A stretch of 21,050 nucleotides of DNA from an uncultured Deferribacteres bacterium (GCA_964014485.1 CAXHAT010000141.1:1-21050), one strand, 5' to 3'; positions 1-9,562 are shown, numbered from the stretch's first letter. Numbers and translations: made by a program. The notes: a model not told the origin generated them from the sequence alone.

Positions 1-14
1 GTTTAATGGAAAGT

Positions 15-680
15 CTAACCGCCGAAGCATGGGCCGTCAAGTTCGGTGACCCATTCGTCCCAGGCAGTAGCTTGAGTTTCATCCAAAAGGGCGCGAACGT
101 CTGCGAACAGGGCGAGTTTGGCGTCGCAGATGGCTTGGAGCAGCGGCGCGCTTTCCGGGTTGTTTGCTACGGCTTCGCGTTTGGCCGTGCTCAATTCGTG
201 CAGTTGAGCTCGGGCTTCTTCGCGGGTGATTTCGCCAGCTTTCATCGCGTCGATGATGACTTGTCGATCGGCCTTGGTCTGCTCAAAAATTTCAGTGTTT
301 GCTTCACGCAGCGCTTCAAAAGTTTCTTTCATACTTTCGCGATGCGCGCTGATGAGTTCCTTGATGGCAGCGCCCTGATCTTCCGTAATTCCAAGCTGCC
401 GCAAAATTCCGCCAATGTGCCCGCCTTTGCCTCCGCGATAACCGCCTCGACGCTGGAATTTGCCGCCCTGGCCAAAAACCGGATTCATGGCCATGTCGGA
501 TTCAATGGTCGCATCCTGGATATTGGCTTCAACATCAGCAAAATCCGGGACGGCGAATTCGTCAGAATTCAAATCCGAAAGACTAAAATCGTTGTTGACC
601 CCAAGATCGCCTTCACAGCCGGAAAATCCAATAAACAAGAACATTGCAAAAGCCATTGCGAAAAAATGTCGTGTTTTCAT
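15..680 (-). CDS. Spy/CpxP-like helical periplasmic lipoprotein
   Basis: ATG at 680 preceded by GGAG. Signal peptide MKTRHFFAMAFAMFLFIGFSG|C has a lipobox. A Gly-rich linker is followed by LRQLGITEDQ and LLDETQ, resembling the LTxxQ motifs of Spy/CpxP proteins. TAG stop at 15-17. Confidence 0.65.
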   Translation of the reverse strand: MKTRHFFAMAFAMFLFIGFSGCEGDLGVNNDFSLSDLNSDEFAVPDFADVEANIQDATIESDMAMNPVFGQGGKFQRRGGYRGGKGGHIGGILRQLGITEDQGAAIKELISAHRESMKETFEALREANTEIFEQTKADRQVIIDAMKAGEITREEARAQLHELSTAKREAVANNPESAPLLQAICDAKLALFADVRALLDETQATAWDEWVTELDGPCFGG

Positions 681-972
681 TCCTAAATCTCCATTAACTT
701 TAGTTTTTTGCGGTTTCAAAATGGAAGCCGCTTTCAATAATCACCCCAATTTTACTTCCGCCGCAAAATACGCCCGACTGATTGCTTACCCTTTTAGGTT
801 GTGCCAAAAACCGTATTTTAGGTTTGAATGACAAAATGCAGGGACGAAATTCTGCCGGCTGGGATACCCGCTTCAGCATGGCTTCTTGTAAGCAAATCAA
901 GCATTCGGCGCTTGTGATTTGCACATGGAACGACCACGATTATCTTATCTTTGCAAAAGATAAGGAACGTTT

Positions 973-1344
973 GTGTTGAGACTAAACTGGGCGAAAATTG
1001 GAGCCGCGCTTGGATTCTTGAGCGTAGCGTTGGGAGCTTTCGGCGCGCACATTTTGAAGACCATGCTCACCGATGATCTGGTTGGCGTTTTCGAGACGGC
1101 GGTACAGTATCAATTTTTTCATGCGCTGGCGTTGGTGTTCGTCGGCGTTTTACAAAAGCAGTTTCCTGAAAAGAATTTTGATTTTGCTGGACTGGCGTTT
1201 TTGGTTGGGGTGGTTCTTTTTTCGATGAGCTTGTACTTGCTCGCATTAACGGGCGTGAAATGGCTTGGCGCGGTTACGCCGTTTGGAGGCGTTTCTTTTC
1301 TGGCGGGATGGGCAATAATGTTTTTACAAATTCCAAAGAGATGA
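973..1344 (+). CDS. DUF423 (YgdD/TMEM256 family) membrane protein
   Basis: Family motifs VALGAFGAH, FETAVQYQFFHALAL, LFSMSLY and GAVTPFGG. GTG start with AAGGA upstream. Confidence 0.92.
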   Translation: MLRLNWAKIGAALGFLSVALGAFGAHILKTMLTDDLVGVFETAVQYQFFHALALVFVGVLQKQFPEKNFDFAGLAFLVGVVLFSMSLYLLALTGVKWLGAVTPFGGVSFLAGWAIMFLQIPKR

Positions 1345-1348
1345 AAGG

Positions 1349-2476
1349 ATGAATTTTTCAAATCCACATAAAGCTGCTGTTGAGCTGACGCAAAAGTTGG
1401 TTCAATTCAATACGATAAATCCGCCGGGGAACGAACATGAATGTGCAAAATTTCTTGGGAAAATTTTGGAAGACGCCGGGTTTGAAATAAAATATTCTGA
1501 TTTTGCACCTGGGCGCACGAGTTTTGTCGCAAGCCTAAACAGTTCGTCCTCAAAACCTTCGCTGTGCTTTACGGGACACCTGGACGTCGTTCCGTTGGGC
1601 GGCGCTGAGTGGACGGTTGAACCTTTCGGCGCGGATATCGACGGTAATAAATTGTACGGACGCGGTTCCACGGACATGAAGAGCGGCGTCGCGGCAATGG
1701 TGATTGCGGCATTGCATTTTGCGCGAAAACCGGGTGCAAAGCCAGGAATTAAATTAATCATCACTGCCGGAGAAGAAGTGGCGCTGGAAGGCGCTTATCA
1801 TCTTGCCCAAAAACCGGAAATTCTCGGGACGGGCGGCGCTCTTATTGTTGGAGAACCGACTTCCAACGTTCCAATGATTGGGCACAAAGGCATTCTTTGG
1901 CTGGAAGCGACGACTTCCGGCGTAACGGCTCACGGCGCAATGCCCGAACAGGGCGAAAGTGCGATTTACAAAGCGGCGCGAGCAATCGCCAGGTTGGAGC
2001 ATATTGATTTTGGTTTGGAGCATTCATTGTTTGGCAAATCCAGCCTGAATGTCGGCACGATGAGCGGGGGGATCAATATTAATTCTGTTCCAGATCATGC
2101 TGAATTCGGCCTGGATATTCGCGTAGTTCCCGGTCAGAGCAATGATGAAGTTTATGAAATGGTAAAAACGCTGGCAGGGGATGAGGTTAGCTTTAACAAA
2201 AAACATGACCTGCCTCCGGTAGTTACTGATGCAGAAGACCTCTGGGTTCAGAAGGTGTTTGAGATTATGAGAGACGTCACTGGTCAAGAGCAGCAGCTTC
2301 AGACTGCGGCGTACTGCACCGACGCTTCAGCGCTTACTCCAGCTCTGGGCGGCCCGCCGACGCTCGTCCTTGGCCCCGGGGAATTTGACATGCTGCACAA
2401 GACGGACGAGTATTGCTATGTTTCGCGCATTGAGGAGGCCGTTGAAGCTTACATCCGCATTTGTGACGCTTGGTGA
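1349..2476 (+). CDS. M20 family metallopeptidase (ArgE/DapE-like deacylase)
   Basis: Motifs GHLDVVP, YGRGSTDMKSG, GEE, GEPT, GVTAHG, NVGTMSGGININSVPD and HKTDE. Starts 4 bp after DUF423. Substrate cannot be determined. Confidence 0.92.
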   Translation: MNFSNPHKAAVELTQKLVQFNTINPPGNEHECAKFLGKILEDAGFEIKYSDFAPGRTSFVASLNSSSSKPSLCFTGHLDVVPLGGAEWTVEPFGADIDGNKLYGRGSTDMKSGVAAMVIAALHFARKPGAKPGIKLIITAGEEVALEGAYHLAQKPEILGTGGALIVGEPTSNVPMIGHKGILWLEATTSGVTAHGAMPEQGESAIYKAARAIARLEHIDFGLEHSLFGKSSLNVGTMSGGININSVPDHAEFGLDIRVVPGQSNDEVYEMVKTLAGDEVSFNKKHDLPPVVTDAEDLWVQKVFEIMRDVTGQEQQLQTAAYCTDASALTPALGGPPTLVLGPGEFDMLHKTDEYCYVSRIEEAVEAYIRICDAW

Positions 2477-2485
2477 TTTAATTTT

Positions 2486-2518
2486 AAGGCTGTGAGTAGA
2501 ATCGTATCTCACAGCCTT
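2486..2518. terminator. Hairpin downstream of the M20 gene, probable terminator
   Basis: AAGGCTGTGAG (2486-2496) and CTCACAGCCTT (2508-2518) form a perfect 11-bp stem starting 10 bp after the stop. The U-tract is weak. Confidence 0.55.
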
Positions 2519-2679
2519 CGGGAGAGAAGATTCGCAATTTGTTCTTATTCTAAAGGCCTAGTCGAAAATCGCAGAGCTCGGCTTGGTCAGGGGGCGCCGC
2601 CCGGCACAAAACATGACTCCATCGCAATGACAAAACTGTCGAGCCCGCCTGAATCATTCATTTGACAAGGAGGTTCGAA

Positions 2680-3528
2680 ATGAAGTATGATTTTTTGCGG
2701 TTCCGGAGTTGGATGATTTGCGCACTTATATTTTCTCCGCTTTTAACCGCTTCCAATTTACAATCACAGTCTTTCGCGCTGAACCGGAACGCCGCAAGCA
2801 CCTTTCTTCTGGAAGTCATCAAGCCATCGTTCGATGAAGAAGAGCTCGATGCGAGTTTCGTTACTTCTTCGTTAATGCTTTCCGGTCGCGTATCCGTGAC
2901 AAAATACTTCGGTTTGGTTGGGGAAGTGCCCTTTTCGCATTTCGGGCTGAATTTTGGGGAAGGTTTCGAGACGACTGATAATTCTCTCGGCAATATTTAC
3001 CTCGGAATTGAGCTCATGGGAAGGAACTCGCCTCTATTTGTAGAAGTTGGCGGGCGGCTGCCGATTGCATCCGGGCTGGATGAATTTTCTGAAGCGCCGT
3101 TTTCAGGCTATCTGACAAATTTTGTCGAAAGAGCGGAAGCCTTTGTTCCCGAAGCCGTTCCATTGAATCTTGCCTTTAACGTGAACCACAAAAGCATCAC
3201 CGGCCTTACATTTCGCCTTCGCGGCGCTTCAACGGTTTGGCTCGCGACAGGCGAACGTTCAGATACGGAGTTGTTTTTTCAGTACAATGCTTACGTTGGA
3301 TTTGAAAATCCCGTTTTTACAGTTCTGGCCGGCGCAAGCGGACGGGTTCTCGCCACAGAGGAAGGGCTGGATTTTGGCGAACGTTCGACGCACCAATTTC
3401 GAATGTCCGGGGACGTTTCATTGGGAGTGATTCGGCCGGGCGTGTTTTTTCAACTGCCGGTGGACAGCGAATTACAAGACCTTGTCAGTGCGGTTTTCGG
3501 GGTGAGTCTTGGCGTGGATCTGAAATAG
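2680..3528 (+). CDS. Hypothetical exported protein, probable outer-membrane beta-barrel
   Basis: Strong RBS AGGAGGT at 2668-2674 before ATG 2680. N-terminal signal-like segment, many amphipathic beta-strand patterns (GNIYLGIEL, FVEVGGRLP, YNAYVGF) and C-terminal strand VFGVSLGVDLK. Confidence 0.65.
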   Translation: MKYDFLRFRSWMICALIFSPLLTASNLQSQSFALNRNAASTFLLEVIKPSFDEEELDASFVTSSLMLSGRVSVTKYFGLVGEVPFSHFGLNFGEGFETTDNSLGNIYLGIELMGRNSPLFVEVGGRLPIASGLDEFSEAPFSGYLTNFVERAEAFVPEAVPLNLAFNVNHKSITGLTFRLRGASTVWLATGERSDTELFFQYNAYVGFENPVFTVLAGASGRVLATEEGLDFGERSTHQFRMSGDVSLGVIRPGVFFQLPVDSELQDLVSAVFGVSLGVDLK

Positions 3529-3564
3529 GAAGAGTTTGCTTGAATTTTTGAGAAGGCGGCGATT

Positions 3565-4125
3565 CTACTTTTTAATGCCCAGACGCGCGCGTTCCAAAGG
3601 CACGTTGATCCATCTGGTCGGCGTTCCGCCTTTGATCACCAAGCCAACGACCAGTCCGGAAACGACGCCGCCTGCAGCAAAATACATTCGTTTAAGCGCG
3701 CGATGATTGTTCCCGTCAATTGGCGAAACTAGCCCGGCAATTGCTCCCGCGCCAACCCCAATCGAAACCGGCCAACTGGGTTTTTCGGTAAGTAATTGGA
3801 TTCTTTGGATCGCGTCAAACGGAATCTTAACATAGGATTGCCACCTTTCAATGCGCACTTCGAGAAAATAAGAGTCGAGCCAGAGAACGCGCCCTTCAAA
3901 TTCCCAATCGCCGTCGAAGACAACTTCTTTTTCTTTGATGGTAGCTTTGAATGATCTCGCCGTCCCCCGGACGGTTGCGCCTTGCGGCACCATTGGTTTC
4001 AAAATGAGACTATCGGGCTCGGCGAGTTTTTCCCCTGCGTTAGCCGTCCTTGCAAAATGTGCTTGAGTCGCAAGCGCCAAAAACACTCCGAGCGCAAGGA
4101 ATCGCGTTAAACTTCTCAAACTCAC
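3565..4125 (-). CDS. Hypothetical exported/membrane protein with C-terminal Gly-rich helices
   Basis: Signal-peptide-like N-terminus, small beta-rich domain and two Gly-rich hydrophobic segments. The GTG start overlaps the upstream gene's stop by 4 bp. Confidence 0.65.
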   Translation of the reverse strand: MSLRSLTRFLALGVFLALATQAHFARTANAGEKLAEPDSLILKPMVPQGATVRGTARSFKATIKEKEVVFDGDWEFEGRVLWLDSYFLEVRIERWQSYVKIPFDAIQRIQLLTEKPSWPVSIGVGAGAIAGLVSPIDGNNHRALKRMYFAAGGVVSGLVVGLVIKGGTPTRWINVPLERARLGIKK

Positions 4126-5099
4126 CTCAACTTCCGGTTAATGTTCAGACTTCGAAGTAAACCAATGGTTGCCCAAGCAGTTCCCCAATAATTTGAAATC
4201 TTTGGGTCGCCTCTTTCCATTTTCATCGTGTCAACGCGCCATTTCCCGGATTCTTGCTGCGTGGCCAATAGATAGTTCTGCGCTTTGTAAACCGCCTTCA
4301 ATTCTACGGATTTTGTCTCTAAAAGAGCATAAAGCGCTTGACCTGTCGTGAGCGGATTGCTCTCGCCGTCCTGAAACCAGCCCCAGCCGCCGTCTTCGTT
4401 TTGCCGCTCGAGCAGGCGCGCCAGCAAGTTCTCGCGATGTTGAGAGTTTTCTATAACATCCGCCAAAAGAATTCCAAGAATGATTGGCTCATTTGTTTCA
4501 TATTCGTCTGTTCTTTCGATCCAGGTCAAAATGGCGTCGCAAAGGATTCGATGATTTGCGGCATTTTGTTTGGATTTACCAAGCGCGAGCAGCGCCCAAA
4601 GATTGTTGACCTTCTTGGTTTCCTCAATTTCACGGTCGAGAAAAGGCATTTGTCCGCCGACGCGCCAAGTTCCGTCAACTTTTTGAGCGTCCAGCATGAT
4701 TTTAACCAGCGAGTCTAGGCTGTCTGTTTTCAAAGGCAGGTTGTCGTTCGATTTTCCCAAAATGAGTTTACTTAACCCGGCAATGTTGCTATGCCCTGAA
4801 GGTAAACCTTTGCTGTTTCGCTCAAGCGATTTTTCCAACGCCCAATTTCTCCAGGAGTCGAGCGAAAGCGAATCGATTTCGACGCCGCTTCGTTTCGCTT
4901 CTGCATGGCTCCAAATCATGAGCGGGACGTGGTGGCAGGAGACGCAGTTTTGATCCATGATCCAGAGCAGTCCGTCACGTCGCAGATAGGGCAAACTGCG
5001 TTCAACGGCGTCGTGAATGCGAATGTTGACAGACTCATTGGGTATTTCGGAACCGGGTAGAAAAGTGAAAAACGTGACGATGAGCGTGATGAAATTCAT
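4122..5099 (-). CDS. Prenyltransferase/squalene-cyclase (QW) repeat protein with CxxCH motif
   Basis: QW-type repeats AQKVDGTW, RQNEDGGWGW and TQQESGKW. CVSCHH at 4929-4946. Hydrophobic N-terminus. No DxDD cyclase motif. Confidence 0.8.
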   Translation of the reverse strand: MNFITLIVTFFTFLPGSEIPNESVNIRIHDAVERSLPYLRRDGLLWIMDQNCVSCHHVPLMIWSHAEAKRSGVEIDSLSLDSWRNWALEKSLERNSKGLPSGHSNIAGLSKLILGKSNDNLPLKTDSLDSLVKIMLDAQKVDGTWRVGGQMPFLDREIEETKKVNNLWALLALGKSKQNAANHRILCDAILTWIERTDEYETNEPIILGILLADVIENSQHRENLLARLLERQNEDGGWGWFQDGESNPLTTGQALYALLETKSVELKAVYKAQNYLLATQQESGKWRVDTMKMERGDPKISNYWGTAWATIGLLRSLNINRKLR

Positions 5100-5108
5100 A
5101 GGATTGCA

Positions 5109-6530
5109 TTATTCTTGTAAACTTACGCCGGAGGCGAACCTGCCGACTTCAAGGACTTTCACAATTTGGTTTGTAGCGAGATCAATGATTGAAATCGTCC
5201 CGTCGTTTGCATTGTCGCCGAAATCGTGGCGCGGCTTATAACTGCCGTCAAGATTTCGATTTGACACGTACGCGAATCCGTTTCTGGAAACGGCCATGCC
5301 GTGCGGCTGCGCCAAGCTTGGATGTTCGATGGTTGCAACAACTTGCAAGGCCGCAACATCAATGATGGAAACGGAGCGCGAACCGTTGTTGCCGACATAA
5401 ACAAATCGCCCGTCAGGACTAAAAGCGGGATGCCAAGGATTGGCGCCGACGTCAATCGTCGCGACAATTTTGCGATCTTGTGGATCGGAGACGTCGAGAA
5501 CGAGCATTTGACCGGCGGCTTGCAGCGAAAGAAACAGGAGCTTGTCATCCGGGGATACGCGCGCTTGCAACGGCCCCTTGTTTGCTCCCAGCGAAATGAA
5601 CTCGTCGACTTCTTTTGCCGCATGGTCAATGACGATCAATTGATTTTGCGGAATGCTCGCCGTGTATAAGAATTTTCCCGCATGATCACCAGCCATTGCG
5701 TGCGGAATACGAAAATTGACCGAAATTTCGCCGTTTTCAACGCCATTGACTGGAGTCATTGTTTCGCGATTAAAAATGAAGACCGAAGTCGGCGGCGAAT
5801 CCGGGCTCATGAATCGCGAAACATAAATGACGTCCTCGGTCGGATGCAGGAAAAGCATAGCCGGAACCGGAACATCAGCTTCAGCGACAACCTCGTTTTG
5901 CATGTTCAATTTCAAAACCTTCCCGTCACGAATCAGCGTCAAATACCAAAAACTCCCGTCCGGCTCAACCGCCGTGAAGTGCGGAGCGGAGTCGATTGAA
6001 TAACCCAAGTCGTCCATTTTGATATTGCGAATCACCACGTTGGCTTCCGTATCAACAATCGAGACCATGTTTTGGTTCTGATTGCAGACGTAGAGTCGAT
6101 TTGTAGAATTTTGAAAAGGTGATTCTCCCGCCCCGTTTTGAGCCCCTTCATCAATCCATCCGGCAAGAAAATCTCCGGCCTCGGTTGAAAGTGTATCAGC
6201 GTCGTATTCTTTCGGGTGCGGCCCGCCGTTAAGCTTGGTGAGTATTTCGATCATTCGACTGTTTTTCGAGTCAAACGGAATGAACGCCTCGCCAAAATCT
6301 GAACCGGCAATTGCTTGTTCCCATGACGATAAATTGAGACCGGATTCAGCCTGCAAGTTGCCATGACAGTCCGTGCAATTTTCGTTGAACAAGCGTTGAA
6401 CATGTTTGTTGTAATCAATTTTGGTGATGCCGCCGAAGTCCAACGGTTCCGGCGCAACGGCGTGTTCGCAGCCCCATATTCCTAAAACAGCGATTAGAAA
6501 AAGCCCCGGTGTAAGTCGTTTCAAGACCAT
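5109..6530 (-). CDS. Lipoprotein with Planctomycete-type cytochrome c domain fused to a YVTN/YncE beta-propeller
   Basis: Lipobox IWG|C. IDYNKHVQRLFNENCTDCHG...SGLNLSS...WIDEGA matches the PSCyt1-like pattern. Propeller repeats include RLYVCNQ, VGANPWHPAFSPDGRFVYVGN and GTISIIDLATNQIVKVLEVG. Confidence 0.85.
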   Translation of the reverse strand: MVLKRLTPGLFLIAVLGIWGCEHAVAPEPLDFGGITKIDYNKHVQRLFNENCTDCHGNLQAESGLNLSSWEQAIAGSDFGEAFIPFDSKNSRMIEILTKLNGGPHPKEYDADTLSTEAGDFLAGWIDEGAQNGAGESPFQNSTNRLYVCNQNQNMVSIVDTEANVVIRNIKMDDLGYSIDSAPHFTAVEPDGSFWYLTLIRDGKVLKLNMQNEVVAEADVPVPAMLFLHPTEDVIYVSRFMSPDSPPTSVFIFNRETMTPVNGVENGEISVNFRIPHAMAGDHAGKFLYTASIPQNQLIVIDHAAKEVDEFISLGANKGPLQARVSPDDKLLFLSLQAAGQMLVLDVSDPQDRKIVATIDVGANPWHPAFSPDGRFVYVGNNGSRSVSIIDVAALQVVATIEHPSLAQPHGMAVSRNGFAYVSNRNLDGSYKPRHDFGDNANDGTISIIDLATNQIVKVLEVGRFASGVSLQE

Positions 6531-6742
6531 TAATTCTTTCGTTTTAAGGTTGCGTTTGCAAAGATTGGAGATCGGTGAAAATAGTCGTCAAGAGCATGGA
6601 ACGCAATTGTTTTCTCGAGCTCTTTTGTGCCTAGGCAAGATTGGTCTCAAGCCGGTGTGATCACAGAAAATCAGGGTTAAATTCCCGCCACACTGATTTT
6701 CAATCTGTACAGAAAACGAATTCGATTGACCACATAAAAAAT

Positions 6743-8386
6743 ATGATTCCGCTCGATCTAACCGCCGCATCTGAAGCCGCAATAGCCATCGCCGCTTTTC
6801 TTCTCGCTTATGCCGAGACGCATTACCGTTTCAAGTTTATCCCCAGTCGTTATTTCAAAAAAGAGCCGGAAATCATTTTTGACATGCCGCGAAGAGTGGA
6901 GCCGAATCTGGACTTGCCGATTCTTTTGCTCATCAAAGACGCGCACCACTATCCGGTACATTTAAAAGACGTTCGAGTGCAGGTTCAGGAAAACGATTCC
7001 AGAATCTGTGAACAGCATTTTCTCATCGACAAATCGGTTGACCGGCAGTGGTTTTTTGAACTTTTCACCATCCCGCGCAGCAAGATTGGCAATGGGCAAA
7101 AATACGTATTGATTGAATGCACGATCATCATCCATGGCCGCGCCAAGGTGATCCGCGCTGATAATTATGCGCTGACAAAGCATCAGCCGTATCGTTGCTT
7201 TTTCGCGGATGAAACGCTCCCGTTGACGGAAGATTACTACACCGGCGACTTGCATACGCATTCCTGGTTCACTAGCGACCAGGTTGAATTTGGCGCGCCG
7301 TTGGAAGCAACCGTTGCTATGGCGAAAGCGACGGGGCACGCCTTCACTGCGATCACCGACCATTCCTATGACCTCGACGACGAGCCCGTAAATTTTTTAA
7401 AGAACGATCCGGAACTTAAAAAGTGGCGCGCGTTTCAGGCGCAAGCGTTAGAGCTGAATTCCGAGAACGATGATTTTGTTCTGTTGCCGGGAGAAGAAGT
7501 TTCCTGCGGTAATTCGCAAGGCGAAAATGTTCATTTTTTAGTTTTCAACAATCCGGCATTCATTCCCGGGGCAGGAGACAGCGGCGAAAAATGGCTGCAA
7601 ACAAAACCCGATTTGTCCATTGCTGAAGTGATACAAAGCACGCAAGCAAACGCACTGCATTTCGCGGCGCATCCGCAAGCGCCGATTCCGTTTTTGCAGC
7701 GACTTTTGCTCAATCGTAACGTCTGGCGCCGACCGGATTACCAACACGAAAACTTGAACGGTTTGCAAATTTGGAACGGTCATCCGCAGGGCAGGAGGGA
7801 AGGCCTTGAAAGTTGGAAAAAACTTCTTCTGGACGGTCAGAAAAAGTTCATCATCGCGGGGAGTGACGCGCACGGCAATTTCAACCGCTATCGCCAAATA
7901 CGAATGCCGCACTTGATTCTCGATGAGCACGAAAAACATCATTTGTTTGGGCAGCACCGAACAATTGCGCACTTGCCGGACGGACTTTCTTTGAATAATC
8001 TAATCCTGGCTTTGAAAACCGGCGCTTGCAGCATAAGCTCGGGGCCTTTTCTGGCGATTTCAGCCGAAACGTCTGACGGCGAGAAAACTTTCATGGGCGG
8101 GACAATTGTTAGCGAGGAGGCCGAATTGAATATAATGATCAAATCCACTTCCGAATTTGCACCGCTGGAGCAAGTTGTACTCTATTGCGGCGATTTGAAT
8201 GAGAAAGTTGAAAAAGTCATTCACAAAATCTCACTCGATGGCGCACGGGGAATTGACCGAAGACTTCAGACAAGTACCGGACGGAGGCGCGATCCGGTTT
8301 ATTATCGTGCGGAATTGCGATCATCGATCGATGGTAAAACTGAGACGACCGCGCTTACGAATCCAATCTGGCACGAACCTTTGTAA
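6743..8386 (+). CDS. PHP-domain metallohydrolase (CehA/McbA-like)
   Basis: PHP metal-ligand motifs GDLHTHS, AITDH, GEEVS, AAHP and GSDAH. Start placed at ATG 6743; the ORF extends upstream to 6641. Confidence 0.85.
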   Translation: MIPLDLTAASEAAIAIAAFLLAYAETHYRFKFIPSRYFKKEPEIIFDMPRRVEPNLDLPILLLIKDAHHYPVHLKDVRVQVQENDSRICEQHFLIDKSVDRQWFFELFTIPRSKIGNGQKYVLIECTIIIHGRAKVIRADNYALTKHQPYRCFFADETLPLTEDYYTGDLHTHSWFTSDQVEFGAPLEATVAMAKATGHAFTAITDHSYDLDDEPVNFLKNDPELKKWRAFQAQALELNSENDDFVLLPGEEVSCGNSQGENVHFLVFNNPAFIPGAGDSGEKWLQTKPDLSIAEVIQSTQANALHFAAHPQAPIPFLQRLLLNRNVWRRPDYQHENLNGLQIWNGHPQGRREGLESWKKLLLDGQKKFIIAGSDAHGNFNRYRQIRMPHLILDEHEKHHLFGQHRTIAHLPDGLSLNNLILALKTGACSISSGPFLAISAETSDGEKTFMGGTIVSEEAELNIMIKSTSEFAPLEQVVLYCGDLNEKVEKVIHKISLDGARGIDRRLQTSTGRRRDPVYYRAELRSSIDGKTETTALTNPIWHEPL

Positions 8387-8473
8387 AGATTTTTTGCGGT
8401 TTGTTTAACAGAACAATGCTCGCACATTGAATGCGACAGATTTACGAAAAAAATTGTAAAAGGAGAAAGGAAA

Positions 8474-8869
8474 ATGGGAAGAACTATTTTGGCGATCTTA
8501 ACTGGATTTATTACCTGGTCGATCTTGTGGTTTGCTTTAAACGGCGTTCTGAACGCAGGATTTTCAGAATACATTCAAGAAAACGGCGCTATCACAAATA
8601 CCGGCGTTTTGATGATGATTCTGATTGGCTCGGTCGTGATTTCAATCATTTCCGGATACGTGACTGCTGTAATTGCGCGTGATGAAATCCTCAAACACAC
8701 CTTGATTTTCGGCGTGATCAATCTGGCTGTCGGCATATTTTTTCAATCGCAGGCGTGGGATTTACTGCCGCTCTGGTACCATCTCAGTTTTCTCATTCTG
8801 CTGATTCCGGCTATCATTTATGGCGGCAAACTGCGTGAGCAGCGCATCGGCGAGCTGGCAAGCGCATAA
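8474..8869 (+). CDS. Hypothetical four-TM membrane protein
   Basis: RBS AGGAGAAAGGA, four hydrophobic segments, C-terminal PLWYH motif. Confidence 0.8.
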   Translation: MGRTILAILTGFITWSILWFALNGVLNAGFSEYIQENGAITNTGVLMMILIGSVVISIISGYVTAVIARDEILKHTLIFGVINLAVGIFFQSQAWDLLPLWYHLSFLILLIPAIIYGGKLREQRIGELASA

Positions 8870-8898
8870 CTGGCGATCAACGCTGCACGATAAAACGG

Positions 8899-9528
8899 TC
8901 ATTTTCGGTCGGCGAACGCGGTGCTTACGCCCAAGAGCAGGTAGGCGACTCCGCTGGCGTATTGCGGGGCTGCCCCCTGAATCACGCGACTGCCAAGCCA
9001 GCCGCGAAGCCGACTCGCCAAAAGGGCGTAAGCGCTGTCCGTGAAAAGCGCCAGTGTGACGTAAAGCAGGCCGAGCATCAAAACTTGCAGCGAAGAAGAA
9101 CCGGCGCTTGGCTGAACGAATTGCGGCAAGAACGCGAGAAAAAACACTGCGATTTTGGGATTGAGTATGCTGACCACAACGCCGTCCGTAAAAAGTCGCT
9201 TTAAGGAGTGCTGATCTGAAATACTTACCTGAGCGTCGGAACGGCGCGTGGTCAGCGCTCGTACGCCCAAGTAAATCAAGTAGGCCGCACCAAGCCACTT
9301 GACAAAGTTAAAAGCAGTCGCCGAAGCGAGAAGAATGGCCGAAAGTCCAACCGTCGCTGCAGCGACGTGTACCAGCGCGCCTGCGGACAATCCCAAAACC
9401 GAAACCAACCCCGCCTGCCGTCCCTGACTCAGGCTGCGTGCGATGATGTAGAGAACTGCGGGGCCGGGAATGATCAAAACGATCATGGCGGCGGCAATGA
9501 ATCCCAAGATAGATGAACTTTCCGGCAT
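8899..9528 (-). CDS. LysE/RhtB family translocator
   Basis: Motifs IIPGPAVLYIIARSLSQGRQAG, KWLGAAYLIYLG and LNPKIAVFFLAFLPQF. AGGAG RBS. Confidence 0.95.
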   Translation of the reverse strand: MPESSSILGFIAAAMIVLIIPGPAVLYIIARSLSQGRQAGLVSVLGLSAGALVHVAAATVGLSAILLASATAFNFVKWLGAAYLIYLGVRALTTRRSDAQVSISDQHSLKRLFTDGVVVSILNPKIAVFFLAFLPQFVQPSAGSSSLQVLMLGLLYVTLALFTDSAYALLASRLRGWLGSRVIQGAAPQYASGVAYLLLGVSTAFADRK

Positions 9529-9562
9529 AAAAAACTCCTGACATTACCCTTGAAACGCGCAA

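Noticed and set aside
6..686. 226-aa plus-strand ORF
   Set aside because: Antisense shadow of the lipoprotein gene, which has an RBS, a lipobox and a recognisable pattern.
2540..2660. Possible riboswitch or structured leader (GCTCGGC 2576-2582 pairing with GTCGAGC 2638-2644; CCCGCCTG resembling a ZTP riboswitch 3' end)
   Set aside because: Only short pairings are present and I could not find the conserved core of any riboswitch I know. An Rfam scan would be needed.
4122..5099. Squalene-hopene cyclase
   Set aside because: About half the usual length, lacks the DxDD motif, and has no hopanoid genes nearby.
5109..6530. Cytochrome cd1 nitrite reductase (nirS)
   Set aside because: Only the domain order is similar. 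The repeats are YVTN-like, the heme domain is Planctomycete-type, and no nir genes are adjacent.
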